A stretch of DNA of 64,000 nt, taken from Cyclobacteriaceae bacterium. Its GTDB lineage: Bacteria > Bacteroidota > Bacteroidia > Cytophagales > Cyclobacteriaceae. A model generated the notes under the pieces. The model was not told where the DNA came from. It ran no database searches and worked only from the letters and a program-made list of their open reading frames with translations. Below, in pieces: positions 37,226-45,277 of the stretch; within the stretch, counting starts at the first letter, position 1, and the number at the start of each line of letters is the position of its first letter. Both the position numbers and the translations under genes were made by a program. The stretch is taken from the NCBI GenBank assembly GCA_049430945.1, contig JBMTCO010000005.1:1001-65000 (forward strand), in the 5' to 3' direction.

Positions 37226-39073
37226 TCAGTTAGGAATGGAGGGACGGCTAAGTTTCTCGCTGACTCCGGAAGCTCTGGTGACCTGGCGACCGACGCAGGC
37301 TATGATCTGGTCTTTGGTTCCAGAAATGATCACGGACTGTTTGGCGCGGGTGATAGCCGTATATAATAGTTCACGGGTAAGAAGCCTGTGTCCGGGTTCC
37401 TTCGGAAGAAAAATCATAACGGAATCAAACTCACTTCCCTGACTCTTGTGGATGGTCATGGCATAGGTTGTTTCTGTATGACTGAGGTACGCCGGAAGAA
37501 CCGACCGCAATACGGGTTTGCCATGCTCATCCAAGATTCCTGAATCAAACCAAACCCGTAATGTGCCCTCAGCATCTTCTCGAACAATGCCGACATCGCC
37601 ATTCACAAGTCCCAGCTCGCTGTTATTTCTTGTGATCAATACAGGGCGGTGTTTATACCAGACAGTTCCCGTATTAATGAGCTTTTTACTTTGCAGGTAT
37701 TGCTCAATGCGCTTATTCAGTTCATAAAGACCGAATTTACCCTCCCGTACAGCTGTGAGAATGCGAATGGAGTTCAGTTTTTTCAAAGCTTCGGATTTGT
37801 CGTCTTCTTTTATGAAGGCCTCATATCCGGAAGCAAATTGCTTCAGAAGTTCTTCGTCATATTCAACATCAAAAAGTAACTGCGGAGATTTTTTATCCTG
37901 ATCACGCGTCTTTTGGTACAGGTCTGTCAGTTCACCAAGTGTGTCCGCATCATTATGAAGGACAGCTTTTGCAACATTTCCGATCAGACCCAGCGCATTA
38001 AACCGGTGGCTGTACTTAAGTTCAGTGATGAATCCGGAGAGAAGACCCGCGTTTGGAACAGGAACAGGCTGCCCGGGAATGCAGCGTGATTCATCGGTTA
38101 TAAAACGGTTAAACCAATTCTGATCGGAAAAGGAGAAGGCATTAAGTGTTCCTGCAGAACGGCAAAGATCTCCCAGCATACTTCCTGCTTCTACAGATGC
38201 GAGCTGGTTCTGATCGCCAAGTAATATTAATCGTCCATGCTCAGGCAAGGCATCCATCAGTTTACTCATCATTGGCATATCTGTCATACTTGACTCATCT
38301 ACAACGATCAGGTCATAAGGAAGTGGATTTGATTTATTGTGCTTGAAGTGAACCGTGCCTCTTTTATAGCCAAGCAGGCTGTGTATGGTCAGCGCCGGAA
38401 TTTCCTGTATCCACTTCCTGATGTTTTCAGGTTCGTTAGCCACTGATTTACGAAGCGATTCAATCATACGCATGGCGGCCTTACCTGTCGGGGCAGTGAG
38501 GTGAACAATTTTATCCGGATATATGCGATGAAAAATTTTCAGAATTTTTGCCAAAGTGGTTGTCTTGCCTGTACCGGGACCACCGGTAAGAATTGAAAAA
38601 TCTGACAACAGACAACGCATGGCACCAACCAGCTGCCAGTCAACCGCCTCAGGCGTACCTGTAATTCCCGGAGTAAGTTCCGGAAATGATGTTCCGAGGG
38701 ACTTTATAAAATCTAAATTTCTAAGCAGCAATTCTTCACGCTCAGCACGTAATGATGAACTTTTGACAACCGCTGCTTTTATTTTATTAATGACGTTAGC
38801 CTCATACCTGAAATAACGGTGCAGGTATAACTTTCCATTGGTCAGTATAAAGGGTTTGATGTCTGTTTCCTCCGTTCCAACCCAGGTTGAAAGCTTGGAC
38901 CAATCAGGTAATTCTGTCAGATTATAAGGGGGCTGATTAAGCGTTTCTTCCGGATTGATACAGATATGTCCTTCCAGTAAGCGTTCGCTTAACAGATAAG
39001 CAAAAGGTCTGATCCGCAGATCAGGGAAAAACTCAGCAAACTGGCGATGTACATCGTTGGTAATAACAGTCAT
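37226..39073 (-). CDS. recD: Exodeoxyribonuclease V alpha subunit
   Basis: GHICI, LYLHRY, VDWQ, GGPGTGKTT, APTGKAA, VVDESSM, LGDQNQLASVEAG, NGDVG, YAMTIHKSQGSEF, RELLYTAITRA. Confidence 0.95.
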   Translation of the reverse strand: MTVITNDVHRQFAEFFPDLRIRPFAYLLSERLLEGHICINPEETLNQPPYNLTELPDWSKLSTWVGTEETDIKPFILTNGKLYLHRYFRYEANVINKIKAAVVKSSSLRAEREELLLRNLDFIKSLGTSFPELTPGITGTPEAVDWQLVGAMRCLLSDFSILTGGPGTGKTTTLAKILKIFHRIYPDKIVHLTAPTGKAAMRMIESLRKSVANEPENIRKWIQEIPALTIHSLLGYKRGTVHFKHNKSNPLPYDLIVVDESSMTDMPMMSKLMDALPEHGRLILLGDQNQLASVEAGSMLGDLCRSAGTLNAFSFSDQNWFNRFITDESRCIPGQPVPVPNAGLLSGFITELKYSHRFNALGLIGNVAKAVLHNDADTLGELTDLYQKTRDQDKKSPQLLFDVEYDEELLKQFASGYEAFIKEDDKSEALKKLNSIRILTAVREGKFGLYELNKRIEQYLQSKKLINTGTVWYKHRPVLITRNNSELGLVNGDVGIVREDAEGTLRVWFDSGILDEHGKPVLRSVLPAYLSHTETTYAMTIHKSQGSEFDSVMIFLPKEPGHRLLTRELLYTAITRAKQSVIISGTKDQIIACVGRQVTRASGVSEKLSRPSIPN

Positions 39074-39161
39074 GCAGCTTTAGTATTTAGAAAAACGACA
39101 GGGGAAGAAAAAGAAGTTAAATTTAATCTAATTCTTTTTTACGGTTTGATTCGGGAAAAGG

Positions 39162-39350
39162 TTAATCAGTTTCAGGATCCTTCTTTTCCTCTACAGGTAT
39201 CTGTTCATCATTCTCTTCACTATTTGACTCCGGATTGACTGAGGAATCGGGGGTAACATACTTATCCAGATTATGGATCAAAAAAGAGTCTGCCTGCTCC
39301 TGACCAAAAAGAGACGCAAAAGACTCAAGAAATTCTTCAGAAAACTTCAT
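39162..39350 (-). CDS. Small acidic hypothetical protein (62 aa)
   Basis: ATG 39350 after an A-rich leader and operator/-7 architecture; 17 D/E versus 4 K and 0 R. Confidence 0.6.
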   Translation of the reverse strand: MKFSEEFLESFASLFGQEQADSFLIHNLDKYVTPDSSVNPESNSEENDEQIPVEEKKDPETD

Positions 39351-39373
39351 AGTTATTTCGTTTAATTTTTCCA

Positions 39374-39408
39374 CAAATAAAATGCTCCTGATTGTAGTGG
39401 AAATACAA
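39374..39408 (-). promoter_or_regulatory. Operator TTGTA-GTGGAAA-TACAA (39392-39408) plus -7-like box TTTATTTG (39374-39381)
   Basis: Perfect palindrome exactly 10 nt upstream of the -7-like box, facing the acidic ORF and recD-recC-recB. Confidence 0.75.
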
Positions 39409-39452
39409 CAAGGAAATTCCATCTATTATTCCTTAACAAGAATTTTCTTTCA

Positions 39453-39487
39453 TTGTAAAACCAATACAATTGACTCCCTGATTTTTG
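39453..39487 (+). promoter_or_regulatory. Operator TTGTA-AAACCAA-TACAA (39453-39469) plus -7-like box GATTTTTG (39480-39487)
   Basis: Perfect palindrome exactly 10 nt upstream of the -7-like box, 15 nt before ATG 39503. Confidence 0.75.
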
Positions 39488-39502
39488 ACGCAATTCTATT
39501 TT

Positions 39503-39880
39503 ATGAAAGAAAATCATTCAGAAACCAGTTGCCCGGGCTGCAGCTGGAAGCCGCAGGCTGATCACACATGGTATTGCCTCTGTGGACACAGCTGGAACAC
39601 ATTCGAAACAGGAGGAATTTGTCCCGGTTGCAAAAAGGCATGGGATAAGACGCAGTGTCCGGCCTGCGACAGCTGGTCAGATCATACAGACTGGTATTCA
39701 GGTCTTAAAAAGAAGCTTAGGCAAGATCTTTCTGAATTGCTGCACAAACCACGGAAAAGAAAAATCAAAAGAAAATTTTCAGTTTTTCAATACAGGTCAC
39801 TGCATAATATATCCCTGATTCAGAGAAAAAAATTCAATGCGCCTTTTTTACTTTTCAGAATACCGCCGCTTAAAAATTGA
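39503..39880 (+). CDS. Cys-rich Zn-ribbon-like hypothetical protein
   Basis: CPGC...WYCLCGHSW...CPGC...CPAC..WSDH.DWY (8 Cys) followed by a basic low-complexity tail. Confidence 0.7.
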   Translation: MKENHSETSCPGCSWKPQADHTWYCLCGHSWNTFETGGICPGCKKAWDKTQCPACDSWSDHTDWYSGLKKKLRQDLSELLHKPRKRKIKRKFSVFQYRSLHNISLIQRKKFNAPFLLFRIPPLKN

Positions 39881-39885
39881 ATTGT

Positions 39886-40737
39886 TCAGAGATCAGCAGT
39901 TCCTCCATCGGAAATCGACAACAATAAGGCTTTAACCTCTTCAGATCTTGCATGCTCGCCAAGCTTGTCAAAGGCGATTACAAGATTACGAAGTGACCTC
40001 CTGATAATGTCCTCATTTGAACATGGCTCAAAAAAGGAAGACTGCGGGGTCAACTGAATTTCCAGTATATACGTTTCGAGATCTTTTCTCGTGAATATAA
40101 GACCTCTATTAAATGCATTGATGTAGAAGTCATGGCTTTCGTCACGGCAAAGCAGCATGAACATATTAGGCAGGTTCACACCATGTACAGGAAGCTTCAG
40201 CTTGGTTGCCACCAGCATATATATAACACAAAGGCTAATGGGATTACCCTTTTTTGACTCCAGAACCACATTGATCATGGAGTTTCCCGGTGAGTGAAAA
40301 TTTCTGGTATTCGCACCAAACCGAAGTTTTGAGAACAGTACGCTGTTAAGTGCTTTTATCCGATCCATGACAGTCATGCCATCAGAAAAAGTCAGCCATA
40401 CATCATAATGGATTTGTTCAAGCTCCTGCCGCAGTTTCTGTAAATCAAGATCAGGATACTGAATGGTGGCCACAATCCACATTCCGGTAAGCAAGTCCCT
40501 ATCCGGGCTGTTATGCCATTCCTGCAAACGTTCTTTGAGCAGCTCTGTTTGCAGGTCGTGAATCAGATTTTCAATCCTTGACTGCAGATCAGGACTTAGC
40601 GCCGATTCCCACTCCTTCTCCAGATGAGGAATTATTCCGGTCCCCAGGCTTCTGATCTTTTGTTCAACGAGGCCGGCAACCTGAACATCCTGATCATCCA
40701 GAAGGGAAATAAGTGCTTTGATTTCTTTGTTTTCCAT
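39886..40737 (-). CDS. SirB1/transglutaminase-like (Transglut_core2) protein
   Basis: ALISLLDD, NSVLF...FGAN..NFHSPGNS.IN.VLE.KKGNPISL, GVNLP..F, YINAFNRG. Confidence 0.85.
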   Translation of the reverse strand: MENKEIKALISLLDDQDVQVAGLVEQKIRSLGTGIIPHLEKEWESALSPDLQSRIENLIHDLQTELLKERLQEWHNSPDRDLLTGMWIVATIQYPDLDLQKLRQELEQIHYDVWLTFSDGMTVMDRIKALNSVLFSKLRFGANTRNFHSPGNSMINVVLESKKGNPISLCVIYMLVATKLKLPVHGVNLPNMFMLLCRDESHDFYINAFNRGLIFTRKDLETYILEIQLTPQSSFFEPCSNEDIIRRSLRNLVIAFDKLGEHARSEEVKALLLSISDGGTADL

Positions 40738-40756
40738 GGTCCGGTATCAGCCGGCG

Positions 40757-41722
40757 TTATTGAGATTTTCTGTTACGTTCTTCCTCCTTAAGTAATTCCT
40801 TTTTGATCTTTTTGGCACTCTTTCCGAGCGGAGCAAAAAAATGATCAGGATTATTATTCATGTGGCTGGTCAGGCTGTCAATGCTGGTAAGCACACTATT
40901 CAGATTTTTATAGAGTGTATCATCGGTAAGCAATTTACTTGCTGTATTATCTCCTTTCTTTAGTCTGGCCATGAGATCGGTCAGTTCCTCAAGTGTTTTT
41001 TGAGTTTTGACAAGGGTCCTGTTAATCTCTAGTTGTCTGAGGGAGTCAGATATGACCTTCAGATTTTTCAGGGTAGGATCCAGTTCAGACATTGTTCCTT
41101 TCAGCTTTTCAGAGGCATCCCGGATGGTGGAGGTCAGCTCAACCATACTTTGATTTCCCTGGTCAAGCATCGTATTGAGTTTTCCCGGCGTTTCGCGAAA
41201 CCGATGAATAACTGGATTGATTTCATTCAGTGTAACGGTAAGATCATCAATAATACCGTTAAATTTTTTCAGAGTTGACTGCATGTCATAGGCAACGGGG
41301 CTCGCTGTTTCAGAAATAAGATCCAGCATACCTTTTGCCAGTTCGCCTGTAATTGTATCACCCCTCTCAATAGGAGCTGAAATATCTCCCAGATCAAGCA
41401 AAATTGATTTGCTTCCAAGCAGCGCACTGCTCAGCGTGGCTTTTGCATTTTTGCCAACCCTGACATTACCTTCAATTTCAAGCTCTACCAGAACTTTATT
41501 TTTTTGTTTTGGCATCAGGCTGATCCTGCTGACCCTGCCTACAGCATAACCATTTACAAGTACGGGGTTGGAAACTGCCAGCTCACTAACGTTGTCATAT
41601 TTCACGAAATAGTTCCCATGATCAGCAAAGAAATCTGTTCCCTTCAGGTAGTTAAATCCGAAGTATAATAGCGCAAGTGCGGCTGCGGCAAAGATTCCTA
41701 CAATAATTTCTTTATGTTTCAC
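40757..41722 (-). CDS. MlaD/MCE family protein
   Basis: N-terminal TM, FNYLKG, VLVNGYAVGRV, ALLGSKSI, coiled coil, KGDNTASKLL.DD.LY.NL. Confidence 0.88.
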   Translation of the reverse strand: MKHKEIIVGIFAAAALALLYFGFNYLKGTDFFADHGNYFVKYDNVSELAVSNPVLVNGYAVGRVSRISLMPKQKNKVLVELEIEGNVRVGKNAKATLSSALLGSKSILLDLGDISAPIERGDTITGELAKGMLDLISETASPVAYDMQSTLKKFNGIIDDLTVTLNEINPVIHRFRETPGKLNTMLDQGNQSMVELTSTIRDASEKLKGTMSELDPTLKNLKVISDSLRQLEINRTLVKTQKTLEELTDLMARLKKGDNTASKLLTDDTLYKNLNSVLTSIDSLTSHMNNNPDHFFAPLGKSAKKIKKELLKEEERNRKSQ

Positions 41723-41727
41723 GATAA

Positions 41728-42531
41728 TCAGTTAATGGCTTCTATTTGCGTTTTATAATCTTTAAATGCCCTGAACAAAGATGCGGCAATTGCTTCCTGT
41801 CCTGCGGCGCTGCCAAGATAAGCTTCCTCGCTCGCATTGGTGAGAAATCCTACCTCTGTCAGAATACTTGGCATGGTTGTTTTCCACAAGACCCAGAAAC
41901 CGGCCTGTTTCACCCCATTTGATTTTCTGCCTGCTTTCACCCTGAACTGATTTTCAACCTTTTCGGCAAGTTTAAGACTGCTTTCCTGAAAAGCGGACTG
42001 GGTCAGCGAAAAAAGGATGTACGATTCAGGACTTGTAGGATCAAAGCCTTCATAATTCTCCTCATATTTTTCATCCAGCATCATTACCGAGTTTTCGCGC
42101 TTTGAAACATCAAAATTCTGTTGTGTTTTATGCAGACCCATCACATAAGTTTCAGTTCCATGAGCCTCAGCCCGGGGTGCACTGTTTGCATGAATGCAGA
42201 CAAAAACATCCGCTTTAGCCTTATTTGCAATCTCGGCGCGTTCATTCAGATCCAGATACCGGTCATCTTTTCTGGTATAAATGACCTTAACATTAGGAAG
42301 GTTTTTCTCTATATAGTTTCCCAGCAGCAGAGCAATTTTCAGGGAGACTTCTTTTTCCTTTACCTTTTTACCACTGGAGCCCGGATCTTTACCTCCATGG
42401 CCCGGATCAATCACAACGACACGAACCTTACTGCCCGCAGGTACACTAATTTTGGGTTCCGGGCGCTCAACACCTGAAAAGTTCAGCAGGGTAAGTGCCA
42501 GTAAAAGAAGTTTGATGCCGATATTCCGCAC
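41728..42531 (-). CDS. N-acetylmuramoyl-L-alanine amidase (Amidase_3)
   Basis: VVIDPGHGGKDPG, EKEV, YTRKDD, CIHAN, PSILTEVGFLTN. Probable GTG start at 42531. Confidence 0.92.
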   Translation of the reverse strand: MRNIGIKLLLLALTLLNFSGVERPEPKISVPAGSKVRVVVIDPGHGGKDPGSSGKKVKEKEVSLKIALLLGNYIEKNLPNVKVIYTRKDDRYLDLNERAEIANKAKADVFVCIHANSAPRAEAHGTETYVMGLHKTQQNFDVSKRENSVMMLDEKYEENYEGFDPTSPESYILFSLTQSAFQESSLKLAEKVENQFRVKAGRKSNGVKQAGFWVLWKTTMPSILTEVGFLTNASEEAYLGSAAGQEAIAASLFRAFKDYKTQIEAIN

Positions 42532-42561
42532 GGTATTGAAAAGAAAGTTGTGGTTTTGCGG

Positions 42562-42569
42562 TAAATTTG
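42562..42569 (+). promoter_or_regulatory. -7 promoter box TAAATTTG (lptD)
   Basis: Perfect TAnnTTTG in the divergent amidase/lptD gap. Confidence 0.5.
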
Positions 42570-42607
42570 GCCCAATTTCCGAATTTTTTAGCAATTCATA
42601 AACAGCC

Positions 42608-45277
42608 CTGAAACCTCTGCGTCCCATTTTGACCTTATTGATCCTGGCTGGTGCACTCACAGTCTCCGCCCAACGCACGGGAAGAAGCCGACCGGCACCT
42701 ACTGCCGTGGCTGTTAGGGACGTAGCCGATACTGTTAAAAGCCCTCAGGATTCGGTTAAAAAGCCGGTTTCTAACGATATTGAATCTACAATTATTTATT
42801 CAGCCAAGGACTCCATAAACTCAAACCTGGATACTAAGATTGTCAGGCTGTATGGTCAGGCAAAAATTGTTTACGGAGAAATACAGCTGGAGGCAGAGGA
42901 AATAATTATTGATTACGAGAAATCAACGCTTACGGCTGTCGGAAAGATTGATTCTTCAGGACGACGGGTCGGGTTTCCCATTTTCATGAATGGACAGGAG
43001 AAATATGAAACCAAAGAAATCGTTTATAATTTCAAAACCAAACAGGCCCGCATCAAAGAAGTAGTTACAAAGCAGGGCGAAGGACTACTTCATGGAGCGT
43101 CTGTATTTAAAAATACAAAAGGGGAATTATTCAGCACCACCAATGCGTACACCACCTGCGACCTTCCTGACCCTCATTTCCGTGTAATTTCTACAAAATC
43201 CAAAGCAATTCCCGGGGATAAGATTGTTTCAGGTCCCTTTTACCTTGAATTCAATCACATACCGACGCCACTTGCATTTTTGTTCGGAATGTTTCCTTCC
43301 AAAATAAAGGCAACCTCCGGAATCATCATGCCCACCTATGGCGAGGAAGGACGCAGAGGATTTTTTCTTCGTGGCGGAGGTTACTTCTTTAATATCAGTG
43401 ATCATCTGAAACTGACACTTCGCGGCGACGTGTACTCCAGGGGATCAACCGGCCTGCAGATGAATATGAACTACAAAACCAGGTATAAGTATAACGGAGC
43501 CTTCAATTTCAACTTTACCAACAACCGGATATCTGACAAGATTGAAGAAAAAAATTCCAAAAAAGATTTCGTGCTGACCTGGTCACACACACCGGAAAGT
43601 AAGGGCACGGGGCGATTTTCGGCCAGTGTAAATGCGGCAACCTCTTCTTTTTCGAATAATAATTATCTGGGTATTAATGCATCACCGAACAGCAGCAGGC
43701 TGGATCAGACCACCACGAAGATGAGTTCAAATATCTCTTACTCTAAATCTTTTCCGGCGGCAGGCATTACGCTGGGTGTAAATATGAGACACAATCAGGA
43801 TCTTGCCACCAAGCGCGTGGATATTCCTGCTCCCGATCTTTCATTCAACCTGAATAACGTTTATCCTTTTCGAAAGGCGGCCAGAGGCGTGGACGTCCTC
43901 GAAAATCTGAACTTCAGACTTACCAGCGTTGCAACCAATCAGATTACCAACGCCATCCGAATAGGAAGGCCCGGCCCCAGAGGTGACATTGTCTATCAGG
44001 ACTCCATTGCTCCTTTCACTTTTGGAAACCTGAGCAGTTTTTTTCAGCAATCACGTAAAGGTGTAAGACATTCGATTCCGTTGTCTACCTCCATTAAATT
44101 ATTCAGATTCTTCACACTCAATCCATCCATAGATTATTCAGAGGTCTGGTATTTCAATAAATTAAAATGGGGGCTGAATAGTGAGGGTAATCCGGTTGTA
44201 GTTGACACGGTCAATGGATTCAATCGCATTTCAAACTATGCATTGAGCGGCAGCATCAACACACGGATTTTTGGAATGGCCTACTTTGGAAAGGACAAAA
44301 GAATCCAGGCCCTGCGACATGTTATTGCACCAAGTGTAAGCTTTTCTTATCAGCCAGATTATACAAATCCCGCAAAAGGATATTTTCAGGAGTTTATGGT
44401 CAGAGAAAAGAAACAATACTACTCCGTTCATCAGGGCTTTGCCTACGGAGAATCCAGGAGACAAGGAGCACAAACACTTGGATTCGGAATCAATAATACC
44501 ATTGAAATGAAAGTGAAAGGAAAGACTGATACAGTAGCAAGGAAAATTTCACTTTTTAATTCATTATCCATAAATAGTGGATACAATTTTCAGGCAGAAG
44601 AGTTCAAGTTGTCGCCATTCTCACTTGGCGCCAACACCAGCATCCTTAATGATAAAATTAATCTGAATTTCAATGGAACGCTCGAACCTTATCAGTACAG
44701 GCTGGACAGCATCGTGAGAGGCGTTGTATTTCAGGAAAGAGTAGACCGGTATGCCTGGCAAGGAGAAAAATTCAAAATCGGTCAACTTTCAAGTGCCGGA
44801 CTTAACTTCGGAACAAACCTCAGCCCCAAGGGGCGCGACAAGGATAAAAATACCAGAGAAAAGATTGCCGAATCAAATCTCAATGAAGGCGATCGCAACT
44901 TCCTGCTCGCAAACCCTGATGCTTATGTTGATTTCAACATTCCTTGGAATTTACGGCTGAATTATAGCTTTACCTACACAAAAACCGGATTTGAAAAATC
45001 CAGAATCATCCAGACCATCCGCATCAATGGTGATATAAGTCTATCCGAAAAATGGAAGATCCAGTATAATACCGGATATGATCTGGACCGAAAAGAATTT
45101 ACCCAAACTAATATCTCATTCACCCGAGATCTTCATTGCTGGACAATGAGTCTGAACTGGGTTCCGTTCGGGCGGATGCAGTTCTATAGTTTCAATATTG
45201 GGGTAAAATCCAGTCTGCTGCAGGATCTTAAAATCAGCAGACAGCGATCCTTCTTTGATTCTGTGGGTCTATTCTAA
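42608..45277 (+). CDS. lptD: Putative LPS-assembly protein LptD (Bacteroidota type)
   Basis: IIYSAKDS, LYGQAKIVY, YTTCDLPDPHF, GIIMPTYGE, RDLHCW, C-terminal SSLLQDLK. Start is CTG 42608 or TTG 42629. Confidence 0.85.
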   Translation: MKPLRPILTLLILAGALTVSAQRTGRSRPAPTAVAVRDVADTVKSPQDSVKKPVSNDIESTIIYSAKDSINSNLDTKIVRLYGQAKIVYGEIQLEAEEIIIDYEKSTLTAVGKIDSSGRRVGFPIFMNGQEKYETKEIVYNFKTKQARIKEVVTKQGEGLLHGASVFKNTKGELFSTTNAYTTCDLPDPHFRVISTKSKAIPGDKIVSGPFYLEFNHIPTPLAFLFGMFPSKIKATSGIIMPTYGEEGRRGFFLRGGGYFFNISDHLKLTLRGDVYSRGSTGLQMNMNYKTRYKYNGAFNFNFTNNRISDKIEEKNSKKDFVLTWSHTPESKGTGRFSASVNAATSSFSNNNYLGINASPNSSRLDQTTTKMSSNISYSKSFPAAGITLGVNMRHNQDLATKRVDIPAPDLSFNLNNVYPFRKAARGVDVLENLNFRLTSVATNQITNAIRIGRPGPRGDIVYQDSIAPFTFGNLSSFFQQSRKGVRHSIPLSTSIKLFRFFTLNPSIDYSEVWYFNKLKWGLNSEGNPVVVDTVNGFNRISNYALSGSINTRIFGMAYFGKDKRIQALRHVIAPSVSFSYQPDYTNPAKGYFQEFMVREKKQYYSVHQGFAYGESRRQGAQTLGFGINNTIEMKVKGKTDTVARKISLFNSLSINSGYNFQAEEFKLSPFSLGANTSILNDKINLNFNGTLEPYQYRLDSIVRGVVFQERVDRYAWQGEKFKIGQLSSAGLNFGTNLSPKGRDKDKNTREKIAESNLNEGDRNFLLANPDAYVDFNIPWNLRLNYSFTYTKTGFEKSRIIQTIRINGDISLSEKWKIQYNTGYDLDRKEFTQTNISFTRDLHCWTMSLNWVPFGRMQFYSFNIGVKSSLLQDLKISRQRSFFDSVGLF

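Noticed and set aside
30226-39900. Prophage or ICE integrated at tRNA-Val
   Set aside because: No integrase, phage or conjugation genes, and no duplication of the tRNA 3' end found at either edge of the block.
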